A DNA stretch of 64,000 bases from a virus: the IMG/VR virus record IMGVR_UViG_3300017963_000225, positions 27,635 to 91,634 of that record. One strand, written 5' to 3'. Below are positions 18,463 to 27,256 of the stretch, one piece after another. Under the pieces are notes generated by a model that was given only the letters and a program-made list of their open reading frames with translations, searched no databases and was not told where the DNA came from. Position 1 is the first letter of the stretch, and each line of letters begins with the position of its first letter. The translations under genes and the position numbers were made by a program.

Positions 18463-18669
18463 TTACGGGTTTGTCTCATTTTGACGAATATTCGAGAGAA
18501 GCTCGACGATGAGGAGTAGAAGCGCAATCACCGTTCGCTGTGGCGTGGTGGTCGATCCGTCAGCTTCGATGTCAGTAGCGCCGGAATGCTCGCCGGACTT
18601 CAATTGCACATACGGCCGCGCAATCCGCCTGGCTTCAGCAACGATCTCTGTCTTGGTCCTGGCTGCCAT
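18463..18669 (-). CDS. Hypothetical protein
   Basis: 68 aa with AGGAG SD. Confidence 0.65.
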   Translation of the reverse strand: MAARTKTEIVAEARRIARPYVQLKSGEHSGATDIEADGSTTTPQRTVIALLLLIVELLSNIRQNETNP

Positions 18670-18681
18670 GGATAGCTCCTA

Positions 18682-19077
18682 TCAGTCGCCCACAACAACA
18701 ATCTTGCCCTTGGCGACCGTCGAAACGCTAGGGTTAGTGACTAACAGACCCGTAAATTCCATGTGCATGATCGACGGACGACCGCCGAGAAACTTCAGGG
18801 CCTGAGACGTGCCAGCATCATTGACTACTTTTAGCTCGATGTCTTGGTCCATATCGACGACAAGCATCTTGCCAAGAGCGACGGTCCCCATGGAGACGGC
18901 TACGTCAGCCGCTGCGGCTGCCAAGTTGATTCGGCCAGCCTCGTTCTCATTCATGGCGGTGTTTTCGTACTGGACGTTGAGCTTCTCGTAGTCCTTCTCG
19001 ACGATCGCAGCGCCGGTGACGGTCGGGTTTTTTGCGACCGTGACGGAAGTGATTTGCTTGATAATCACGTCACCCAT
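18682..19077 (-). CDS. Beta-rich putative structural protein
   Basis: 131 aa, Val/Thr-rich, GAGGTG SD. Confidence 0.65.
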   Translation of the reverse strand: MGDVIIKQITSVTVAKNPTVTGAAIVEKDYEKLNVQYENTAMNENEAGRINLAAAAADVAVSMGTVALGKMLVVDMDQDIELKVVNDAGTSQALKFLGGRPSIMHMEFTGLLVTNPSVSTVAKGKIVVVGD

Positions 19078-19080
19078 ATC

Positions 19081-19938
19081 TCACCTCTTGGCATGATGTT
19101 TTGTGTGGTGGAAGTGAGCAGCATCGGCATGATCGGCCGCCAGCTTGGCGAACGCCCCAACGTGCTTACCCTTGCGCGACAAATGCTCCATCAAACTCAA
19201 CACAGCACTTGCCCGTTTGTGGTGAGCGTGCATGGCGTCAGCATGATCCTCGCGGCTAAAGCCCTTGTGGTGCTCGGCGTGCTTGTGGCTGTGGCGGTGG
19301 ATTTTCTTGCCGCTCTTTGTCTTGCCGACGTGTTCACGCGCCTTCTTCAGCTTAGCGCCAACGGCCAGGCCGAAGTGGTGATTCATTGCCTCGCGATGAT
19401 GCGCGATGACATTTGGGTGCGTCTCGGAGCCAAGCTTGGAGATATGAGCAGCATGGGCGCGGTATGCGTCCATGTGGTCGTGGGTTGAAAAACCCACGTG
19501 AGCCGAGCTGGATGGGTGCGACATGATTCGCTTGCCCGAGCGTGTCTGCCCGAGCGCGTGCTCGCCCTGGCTTTTGCGAGGCCGCATGACGCTGGTGCCG
19601 AGAGCTTTTTTGAAGTGGTCGCCAGACATGATGTGAAACTGACGCTTGGCTTCTCTGTCTTGCGAGCTTTTGCTTGGCGACGACCCCAGCTTTATCCCAT
19701 GCTCGTTGATGTGAGCCTTTATGCCGTTATTATGCGATTCAATCCCGCCAAGATCGGCGTGACTCCTTGCATGCGGCATGTTCTTGCCGTGAAGCAAATG
19801 CAAGCCAGCGGCATCAGCATGATCTTCTTTTGAAAACCCGGAGTATTCCCCCGGAGATTTTGCGCTGTAAACGTCCTTGCCGCTCCTGGTTGTCCCAAGT
19901 TTTTTTCCTAGACTTGATTTGCGAAGGAAAAATTTCAC
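19081..19938 (-). CDS. His-rich three-repeat putative head-cargo polyprotein
   Basis: N-terminal MKFFLRKS tag; three [LV]GxT[RK]SGK...GFSxxDHxDAxxxH units. Confidence 0.7.
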   Translation of the reverse strand: MKFFLRKSSLGKKLGTTRSGKDVYSAKSPGEYSGFSKEDHADAAGLHLLHGKNMPHARSHADLGGIESHNNGIKAHINEHGIKLGSSPSKSSQDREAKRQFHIMSGDHFKKALGTSVMRPRKSQGEHALGQTRSGKRIMSHPSSSAHVGFSTHDHMDAYRAHAAHISKLGSETHPNVIAHHREAMNHHFGLAVGAKLKKAREHVGKTKSGKKIHRHSHKHAEHHKGFSREDHADAMHAHHKRASAVLSLMEHLSRKGKHVGAFAKLAADHADAAHFHHTKHHAKR

Positions 19939-20777
19939 CGAAAAGGCCCTCGTCCCTGTGGGGAGTTGAACGTGGATTGCGTCGTGTGATCGACCGCGCC
20001 GCGCTGGCGCTGGACAATCGCCCGGTCAAGCCGCGTGGCAATCACATTGTAGGGAAACACAAGGTCAAGTCCAGTGCGCTGCGGATCTGGCAGATTGTCG
20101 TCATGACCAGTGCGATGCAATGGCTTTGCGGTTTCTCCGACAATCACGTACTCGGGACGGGCAAGGTAACGAACGCTGTACTTGGTGCCCTTTTGTAGCT
20201 TGGTTTCAATACGCCGAGCCGCCGCATTGAAGCTCCAGTCGTCGCTTCCAAGCTTCAGGATGGCTTGTGTCGTGGCGTCTTGGTAGAGTACCGTCTCAAC
20301 GCAGCTTACATCGCGAAATCGCAGTGTTTCAGCGGTTGACCCGTCGGTCAACGTCGCTCCAGCCGTGTGATATTCGTTGTTAACGACTTCCACGTCAGCG
20401 CACATTTGAACGATATCACCGTCGGCCGGTATTACGCCCGGAAAGAGCGTCACCGACACCGATCCAGTGATTGCGCGCCCACCATCCTTGCGCTCGCTCC
20501 TGCCGCTGCGGCTATGGACCATGGCTCGCGCATACATGGGGTCGGTTTCTGCTTCGAGGTGAAACCAACCAAGGCCACGGCACTGGTGGCAAGAAATGCT
20601 CGGCTGACCAGACAAAGCATTGGTGCATGGGCATGAAACGGCCTTCCAATACTTGATCGCAACGGAGTAGTCAGAGATGAACTCCTTGACGCCGCTTAGG
20701 TCAAGTTGAGGGAATCGCGTAGCCCCCGGAGCGGGAGCTACGCCAATAGCCGCTGGCCTTAAAGAGAAGCCACCCAT
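19935..20777 (-). CDS. Head-closure / neck protein with Zn-finger
   Basis: 'WKAVSCPC...CHQCRGLGW' CPC/CxxC motif of SPO1/Twort-like neck proteins; 'YSVRYLARPEY'. Confidence 0.75.
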   Translation of the reverse strand: MGGFSLRPAAIGVAPAPGATRFPQLDLSGVKEFISDYSVAIKYWKAVSCPCTNALSGQPSISCHQCRGLGWFHLEAETDPMYARAMVHSRSGRSERKDGGRAITGSVSVTLFPGVIPADGDIVQMCADVEVVNNEYHTAGATLTDGSTAETLRFRDVSCVETVLYQDATTQAILKLGSDDWSFNAAARRIETKLQKGTKYSVRYLARPEYVIVGETAKPLHRTGHDDNLPDPQRTGLDLVFPYNVIATRLDRAIVQRQRGAVDHTTQSTFNSPQGRGPFR

Positions 20778-20789
20778 GAGGTCCCTTCT

Positions 20790-21173
20790 TTACACGCTCG
20801 CCTGAATGCCGGCCGTCTTCAATGCGGCAATTTCAGCATCGATCTTCGCTTGGAGATCGAGCAGACGGGCATCAACGTCAGTGGCGAGCGCCGCATCGCC
20901 GGCGCCGCCCGATCCATCGGTCGTGCCGACGGCCGCAAGCGCTCCGAGCGCGGCGACGTTAGCCGCTTGCGAGGCGGTCAATTTGGCGGCGAGCGCAGAA
21001 ACAAGGCCCGACACCTTGCTTTGAGCGATCGAGGAGTCAGGCAGTCGCTGAGCTGCGAGAGCCTGATCGAGTGCTTTTGCCAGCTCGTCGTTCCCGGTGA
21101 TGCTTCCTTGAGCGATTCGGAGAACTCGAACTTCGTCGTCCGTCAGAACGCTGTATCCCTTAGCTGCCGACAT
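20790..21173 (-). CDS. Putative head fibre / decoration protein
   Basis: 'IAQSKVSGLVSALAAK...QAANVA...LQAKIDAEIAALKTAGI'; AAGGAGG SD. Confidence 0.6.
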   Translation of the reverse strand: MSAAKGYSVLTDDEVRVLRIAQGSITGNDELAKALDQALAAQRLPDSSIAQSKVSGLVSALAAKLTASQAANVAALGALAAVGTTDGSGGAGDAALATDVDARLLDLQAKIDAEIAALKTAGIQASV

Positions 21174-21232
21174 CTCTTTTCCTCCTTGGACTTGCGATAT
21201 TTATTATCGCTCGTTCATTGCAAAAAAACCAC

Positions 21233-22393
21233 TTAGGCAATCCAGGTCGGAAGTCCTCGATAGTTTGCCCGCATCGACGCGATGTTGTCTGGATCGAGGT
21301 CAACTTCGTAGCGCCGCGCCAAGGCTCCAAACTGAGTCATCTCCGCTGTCGCCAGCAGGTTAACCGAGCTGGATAGCCCGTCAACCCCGAACGAACGTGA
21401 GGCGATCCCGCGAGAAATCGCGATGCCAATTTCGTCAAGCAACACAACTGCGGCTTTTTTCATTACGATGTCGCAAACCTCTTTGGCGATTGCTCCATCC
21501 TCGGGGCCATAATCGTAATCGATCGCCCAAAAGCCTGGGACCATGTGATTGCCGACCGCTTCTAGCAGCGTCACGTCAAGAAACTGGCCGTTATTGTCGA
21601 TGATAATATTGATTGCGCCGGCCGTTGTGGGACGAATATAAACCCATCCCATTTTCATTTCGTTGCCGACAACCCATTCGTTTGGAATGCGATAAACCGT
21701 CTTGCCGGCGTAAACCCCGCGCACATTTCTGACGCGAACAATGTTTGAGTGCGGCAAGCGAATAGCCGACCACATGAAGCTCTGTTGTTGCTGCCACGGC
21801 AACAAATGCCCGTCTTCGTCGTAGTCAACGCCTTTGACTGGCGGCGGTGCCTGGGTGTCAGCATACGGTTTGGTTAGAACGCGACGGCCGCGTAATGGCG
21901 TCCCAATCTGCCGCTCCATCCAAGTGATCGCTACATCAACATGATGCTGTATGGTGTTGTCTGGAAGGTAATACCCGTTCGCGAGAGCCTGCCATACAGG
22001 CCACAAGTAAAACTTTTTCAGCGTGCATGCTGTAAGGTCGCCGATCGTACAAGTGAGCAGCTCGTTGTAATTCGGAACACCGCCAGTGAGCATCGTCACG
22101 ACATTGATGTCGAAGACGAGGTTGCGCTGCGAAGCGCCATTCAGCGGAATGATCTGCCACTGATCGTGATAAGTGCCACGCGCAGGGAAAAGCGATCCAG
22201 GCACCGTCACTTGATAGGTGCCAGTGCCAACATGCTCAACGCTTCCGCCAGGAATAACGGCGATTTGTTGGTACTGCTCATTCAGAATGATGACGTTCAC
22301 AATCTGATAAGCATCCATCAGAATGCCATTGTAAACATGGCGCAAACCAAGCGTCACATCCTGCCCGACGAGCGTTTCTGCGCGTGTCCCCAT
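21233..22393 (-). CDS. Head-tail adaptor / neck protein
   Basis: C-term 'IDYDYG...GIASRSFGVDGLSSSV...FGA' matches SPO1/Twort-like adaptor; extra Ig-like N-terminus. Confidence 0.75.
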   Translation of the reverse strand: MGTRAETLVGQDVTLGLRHVYNGILMDAYQIVNVIILNEQYQQIAVIPGGSVEHVGTGTYQVTVPGSLFPARGTYHDQWQIIPLNGASQRNLVFDINVVTMLTGGVPNYNELLTCTIGDLTACTLKKFYLWPVWQALANGYYLPDNTIQHHVDVAITWMERQIGTPLRGRRVLTKPYADTQAPPPVKGVDYDEDGHLLPWQQQQSFMWSAIRLPHSNIVRVRNVRGVYAGKTVYRIPNEWVVGNEMKMGWVYIRPTTAGAINIIIDNNGQFLDVTLLEAVGNHMVPGFWAIDYDYGPEDGAIAKEVCDIVMKKAAVVLLDEIGIAISRGIASRSFGVDGLSSSVNLLATAEMTQFGALARRYEVDLDPDNIASMRANYRGLPTWIA

Positions 22394-25300
22394 CAGAACG
22401 GCTCCCCGCTGCTAAGCAGCGCAGCAGTGTCGGCCTTGATGGTCGCACGCTCCGCTTTTGCTGTGTCGTTGGCTGGCTTGAGGGCATCGGCTGTGTCCGT
22501 GAAGCCCACGCCCTTGATCTGATCCAGCGCAGCCAGGATTGGCGTCAGGTCGAGGTCGGCAGCGTCGATGGCGTCTTTGATCGCCTTCAAGCTGTCGGCC
22601 ACCGACGTGAATCCCGAGCCCTTAATATCAGTCAGCGAGGCTTCCGTGGCGCGGCTGGAAATCGTCGCGTCCAGGTTGTTCAACCGCACGTCCGTCGCAA
22701 GCAGCGTATTGAGCGGGATCGCCGCAACCGCCGACGCCAAGCTGGAGAGGCCGGCCGCCGTAGCCAGCGTACCGACGACCGCCTGAACGGCAAGCAGCGT
22801 CGTTTGCTGAGCGCCACCAGAGATCGGGATCGCAGCGGCGAGGTCGGCAATGGCCTTGAGGCTGTGAAGGCTCGGGTTGTAGCCCACGCCGAACACATCA
22901 GCCAGCACCGCAGCCGCTGCTCGGCTTGAGACGCTGGCGTCGAGATAGGCCAGACGCGGGTCGCTCGCGAGCGCCGGATTGGTTGGAATGGCATTGACGC
23001 TTGTCTGAAGTGTGTTGACGCTCGCCTGGCTCGCACGGCTAGCGGCCGTGGCAGCGGCCGTAGCCGCCGAAGATGCCGCTGCATCAGCGCTTGTCTTGGC
23101 GGCATCCACCTTCGGCCTGAGGGCCGCGAGGCTGTCGGTGCCCGTGGCGAAGCCGGCGCCCTTGATGTCGGAGAGCTGCGCGAGCACCGGCGACAGGTCG
23201 GTGGGCGCTACGCTGTCTCGGATGGCCTCCAAGCTGTCGGTGACGGCATTGAAGCCGGCGCCTTTGATCGTCGTCAAGGTGGCTTCCTGAGCCCGACTCG
23301 ACACCGTTGCGTCGAGGTTGGTCAGACGAGGATCTGTCGTGAGCACCGGGTTGGTCGGGACGGCGGATACCTGAGCCGAAAGGGACGTGACGCTCGCCTG
23401 GCTTGCCTTGGTGCCGATCGACGCCAGGATCGTCGCCTGATTGGCTGCCGTCGCATCGCCGGCCGAGGTTGGCAACGTGTTGATCTTGTCTCGGATGGCC
23501 TCCAGCGTGTCAGTGGCACCGCTGAAACCGCCGCCTTTGATGCTGTCGAGGCTTGCCTGAGTGGCGCGCTCGCTCACCTTGGCATCGAGCACCTCACCGA
23601 AGCTGCCCACGGCGACGTGACCCGCACGAGCCTCGTCCCACACCGCATCGGCAATCTGACCGGCTGTAGGCGCCGATGTCACGCCGTCGCTGATAGCCTT
23701 GCCGACCGTGCCAGCCGCCAGGTGGGCGGCGATCGGCTCGTCAAGCACGGCGTTTTTGATCTGAGCGGCGGTTGGCAGGGCCGCTATCGAGGCGGCCGAT
23801 GCACGCGAGCTGATAGAAGCGTCAAGCAGGTCGAGCGCCGCTAGACGCGCTGGCGTCAATCCTGATTCTAGGTAGTTGGTGTCGGACAGAATATCGCCCG
23901 CCTGAGTCGAGCTGGCGCGGGTGCTGACCACCACGTCAAGTCGCGAAAGGTTGTCGATCAATGCCGCCCGGGCAGTCGAGATGACCCCCTGATTGGACTC
24001 GCCAAAGGTTCCGGCCGTGTTCTGGCCGGCACGAGCGGCGCCCCATATTGCATTTTGAAGGCTGCTTGGCGCTGTTTGAGCCACCGCCAACGAGGCGTCG
24101 GCCTCTGCCATGTCAACTTTTATCTCAACCACGGAAAGTTGAGCGGTCGTTGCAAGCGTGCTCAACGGCGTGTCAATGGCTTCACCAAAAGTGCCGACAA
24201 CTACGTGCAAAGCTCTTGGCTCGTCCCACACGGCCGCAGCGATTGCTTCCGGCGACGAACCAGCACTCGCATCATTCAGGCGTTTTCCGGTCGTTCCGAC
24301 GGTCAAGTGACCCGCGATAGGCTCGTTCCACACCTTGTCTGTGATGGCGTCCTCTTGAGAGGAAGCGATTACAGAATCGACACGACCGCCCGTAAAGACA
24401 AGCTGATCGGTTTTCACCTTGATTGCGGTTGTCTGAACAGCGATTCCATCGACAACGGTGTCAACCGTGTCAACGCTTGTCTGGCTAGCGCGGCTTGCCA
24501 CCGTTGTCTGGAGAGCTTCGCCGAAAGACCCGCCCAATGCGCTCGCCGCTCGTGTGCGGTCCCAAACAGCCACAGCGACCTCGACAGCAGCGTCGTTGGC
24601 TAAAGCAGCCGCGTCGATTGCGTTGGCGGCAAATTTCGATGACGTGATTGCCGCAGTGTCAATTTTTGCGGCTGTTATGGTGTTCGACTGGACTTTTGCG
24701 GCACTAATTGCGCCGTCGGCAAGCTTGGCATTTGTGATCGCCGCATCGACGATCTTTGCTGCGCTGATAGCACTATCAGCCAGGCCAGTGTTGGTCACGC
24801 GCACCGTTTCGCCAAAGCTTCCGGCGACAACGTGCCCAGCTCGAAGCTCGTCCCACACCTTGTCTGCGATTGTGTCTTCGTTACCAGATGTGATGCTGTA
24901 CCCGGTTTTGTCGCTGACGACTTGAGCGTTAGCGTTGACATTTCCTGCCGTAAAGGCGAGCTGGTCGGTCTTGGCCTTGATAGCGGAGCTGTCGGATTTT
25001 ACCGAAGCGATATCGGCCGACACGCTCACGCCGGCTGGCGTTCCGAGCTTGGTGTCAATAGCCGTCACGCTTGCCTGCGTGGCTCGGCTCGCCACGGTGG
25101 CGTCGAGGTTGTCAAGATTGGCAGCACGGCCATTGGTCCACTGTACCGTGGACAGCGCCGTGGAAGCCGGCGCCCTGGAAGAAACCGTCGCGTCGAGGTT
25201 GTCGAGATTGGCCGCGCGCCCGTTCGTCCACACGGCCGTCGAAAGGGCCGTTGCCGATGGAGCGCGACTAGACACCGTTGCGTCAAGGTTGTCGAGGTTT

Positions 25301-25887
25301 CCTGCGCGCAGCGTTGTGTAATCCGTCCGCAATCCACTCGTGTCGGACTTGACTGATGCAACGTCGGCAGAAAGTGAGGCGCCGGTTGGCGTGCCGATCT
25401 TTGCTTGAATGTCATCAGTATCGGCGTTGACGAGCGCGATTGCCGCCTGTGTGGCGTCATGCTCGGCCTGGTTGGTAGCAGCACGGCTAGCGGCCGAAGC
25501 CTCCGATTGCCGACTTGACACCGTCGCGTCAAGGTTGTCGAGATTGGCGGCGCGAGTGTTCGTCAAACGAGTAAGCAACGTCGCCAAATCCTGATCGAGA
25601 GAACGAACCTCGATAATTTCGGCGTCTCGTTCGTACCTATTGTCTACTGAGGCAAATGTCCCATCAGTGTAAATCTCATAGCTAACGCTATACTGCCCTT
25701 CGACAGTCGGATTCCATCCCGTTCCAGAATAGTGTCCGCCTGTTCTGTGCGTCAGCGTAAATGGCGACCCTGAAACCTCCGCTCCAGCGCTGTTGAACAC
25801 GCGAGCACGCACTCCGCGAGTAGCGTTTCCATCCCACAATGTAATCGACAGAAGGACGTTTCCGTTTACCTCTGTAGTGCGGCTCAT
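22393..25887 (-). CDS. Long repeat-rich fibre protein (neck or head fibre)
   Basis: 1164 aa; repeats RAANLDNLDATVSSR, [AK]VWDExRAxHxxxGxFG, AITxAKI and IKGxGF. Confidence 0.75.
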   Translation of the reverse strand: MSRTTEVNGNVLLSITLWDGNATRGVRARVFNSAGAEVSGSPFTLTHRTGGHYSGTGWNPTVEGQYSVSYEIYTDGTFASVDNRYERDAEIIEVRSLDQDLATLLTRLTNTRAANLDNLDATVSSRQSEASAASRAATNQAEHDATQAAIALVNADTDDIQAKIGTPTGASLSADVASVKSDTSGLRTDYTTLRAGNLDNLDATVSSRAPSATALSTAVWTNGRAANLDNLDATVSSRAPASTALSTVQWTNGRAANLDNLDATVASRATQASVTAIDTKLGTPAGVSVSADIASVKSDSSAIKAKTDQLAFTAGNVNANAQVVSDKTGYSITSGNEDTIADKVWDELRAGHVVAGSFGETVRVTNTGLADSAISAAKIVDAAITNAKLADGAISAAKVQSNTITAAKIDTAAITSSKFAANAIDAAALANDAAVEVAVAVWDRTRAASALGGSFGEALQTTVASRASQTSVDTVDTVVDGIAVQTTAIKVKTDQLVFTGGRVDSVIASSQEDAITDKVWNEPIAGHLTVGTTGKRLNDASAGSSPEAIAAAVWDEPRALHVVVGTFGEAIDTPLSTLATTAQLSVVEIKVDMAEADASLAVAQTAPSSLQNAIWGAARAGQNTAGTFGESNQGVISTARAALIDNLSRLDVVVSTRASSTQAGDILSDTNYLESGLTPARLAALDLLDASISSRASAASIAALPTAAQIKNAVLDEPIAAHLAAGTVGKAISDGVTSAPTAGQIADAVWDEARAGHVAVGSFGEVLDAKVSERATQASLDSIKGGGFSGATDTLEAIRDKINTLPTSAGDATAANQATILASIGTKASQASVTSLSAQVSAVPTNPVLTTDPRLTNLDATVSSRAQEATLTTIKGAGFNAVTDSLEAIRDSVAPTDLSPVLAQLSDIKGAGFATGTDSLAALRPKVDAAKTSADAAASSAATAAATAASRASQASVNTLQTSVNAIPTNPALASDPRLAYLDASVSSRAAAAVLADVFGVGYNPSLHSLKAIADLAAAIPISGGAQQTTLLAVQAVVGTLATAAGLSSLASAVAAIPLNTLLATDVRLNNLDATISSRATEASLTDIKGSGFTSVADSLKAIKDAIDAADLDLTPILAALDQIKGVGFTDTADALKPANDTAKAERATIKADTAALLSSGEPF
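25085..25310 (-). repeat. Intragenic 90-nt (30-aa) tandem repeat
   Basis: RA(G/A)NLDNLDATV(S/A)SRA three times at 30-aa spacing. Confidence 0.8.
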
Positions 25888-25891
25888 GGTC

Positions 25892-26359
25892 TTACCTCAA
25901 CCGAATTAGTTCAACTAACAGGATCGTCATGTCTGGAACAAACGATACAGTAGAGCCTTCAAGTGGAGATGCTTGAAGCTCAAAATAATCATTCGCGTTC
26001 ATGTTCATGATAAACAATGCGTGCAGGTTGTTGTTTTCAGCATCGTTAGCGCGGTTTGATCCATCCTGTGAATGACTTCTTCCAACGTCGCCAGATCCGT
26101 TCAGTAGAATTCTCGTGGAAACTCCGCTGTTGTTCGCGGAGGGATCGATGCGACAACGGTAATAAACCCTGACCGAGCAATCCACTAAAGCACGAAATTG
26201 ACTACTAGTTGGCTTGTCGAGATATCCGTTGTAAAAACTGTCCACATCAGAAGAAAAATCAACAGTCGTCCAAACCCCTGGTGTGTTCCCCAAATTCAAT
26301 GGGGCCGTCATCTCGTGCTGTACCCATGCTACCGGATGTGGATTGCTTGCTTTTGGCAT
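25892..26359 (-). CDS. C1q/TNF-like beta-sandwich protein
   Basis: 'WTTVDF...F.A...V.Y...IMNMNANDYFELQA' pattern of C1q-like fibre heads. Confidence 0.55.
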   Translation of the reverse strand: MPKASNPHPVAWVQHEMTAPLNLGNTPGVWTTVDFSSDVDSFYNGYLDKPTSSQFRALVDCSVRVYYRCRIDPSANNSGVSTRILLNGSGDVGRSHSQDGSNRANDAENNNLHALFIMNMNANDYFELQASPLEGSTVSFVPDMTILLVELIRLR

Positions 26360-26382
26360 CGACCCCTCCTTTCAGAAACTCT

Positions 26383-26712
26383 TTACAGCATAGCTGAAAG
26401 CGCGGCGAAACCTTCGTCCAGAGACAATTCCTCGCCGTTAATGAGCATCAGCGTCGAATCGGCTCCATTGTTGACTGGAGCAGCAAAAATGATGCCTTTC
26501 TTGTTGACAAGAACGGGAGCATCGTCGGCCGTTAATTCGATGAATGGCTCTGCCGCCAGCGCCAGCTTAACATCCTCGTAAGACTCATCTGCCTGATAGC
26601 TGTTTCCGTCAATCATGGTGACGACTGAATCGTTGTCTTGAGCGGCGACTTTCAAAATCAAATCGCTGTTAAATTTGAGGGAATCGCCCTGAACGAAAAG
26701 ACTGAAAAACAT
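26383..26712 (-). CDS. Tandem FlbD/SwrD-like two-repeat protein
   Basis: Two ~53-aa units of pattern 'NxxxI...DSxxxxIxG....DE'. Confidence 0.5.
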   Translation of the reverse strand: MFFSLFVQGDSLKFNSDLILKVAAQDNDSVVTMIDGNSYQADESYEDVKLALAAEPFIELTADDAPVLVNKKGIIFAAPVNNGADSTLMLINGEELSLDEGFAALSAML

Positions 26713-26728
26713 TTTTCACTCCTTTGAT

Positions 26729-27178
26729 TTATTTCGAGCCGAGAATCGCACTTACTAGCTTGTCTTTTGGTTGATCGACGTTTGCGATGCCCAGGCTGGC
26801 AGCCAGCTTCTTCAACTCTTCCGGCTTCGCCGCGTCGAGCTGCTCCTTCGTAAATTTCTCACTAGTAGCCACCTGCTTGCCTTGGGCTGTCGATTGAGGT
26901 TGAGCTTGCTGAGTGACAACCGGAGCGACCGGCGCCTTGACAATTGGCGGCTGTCCAACTTCTGCTCGCCGCATTTGTAGCGATGGCGCATCAGGCGGAA
27001 GGGATGAGAGGTTCGGACCACCGGACGACGTATTTGAAAAAGCATCCTGGACTTCCGAAGGAGGAAGCTCCTCCCCAGCGAAACGCCACAAATGTCCCTT
27101 GAGGGCATGCGTGGCGGTCGTCTTATCACCACGAAGCAAATCTTCTGACTTCAGTCCGAGGGCTGGGAACGCAAACAT
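26729..27178 (-). CDS. Protein with C-terminal Rho-N/HeH-like domain
   Basis: 'EELKKLAASLGIANVDQPKDKLVSAIL'; follows the capsid gene. Confidence 0.65.
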   Translation of the reverse strand: MFAFPALGLKSEDLLRGDKTTATHALKGHLWRFAGEELPPSEVQDAFSNTSSGGPNLSSLPPDAPSLQMRRAEVGQPPIVKAPVAPVVTQQAQPQSTAQGKQVATSEKFTKEQLDAAKPEELKKLAASLGIANVDQPKDKLVSAILGSK

Positions 27179-27190
27179 GGGTGCTCTCCT

Positions 27191-27226
27191 AAGATGAAAG
27201 GCCGGGGGATCGTAGTCCCCCGGCCT
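27191..27226 (-). terminator. Hairpin terminator after major capsid gene
   Basis: 11-bp stem AGGCCGGGGGA/TCCCCCGGCCT, 6-nt loop, short U-rich tail (TTCATCTT). Confidence 0.7.
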
Positions 27227-27256
27227 GGTCTACCTAAATTACGACGTTAGGCCAGG

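Noticed and set aside
22393-25887. Repeats as a CRISPR array or DGR template/variable pair
   Set aside because: They are in-frame coding repeats with synonymous variation. There are no unique spacers, no adenine-specific pattern, and no RT or cas gene in the window.
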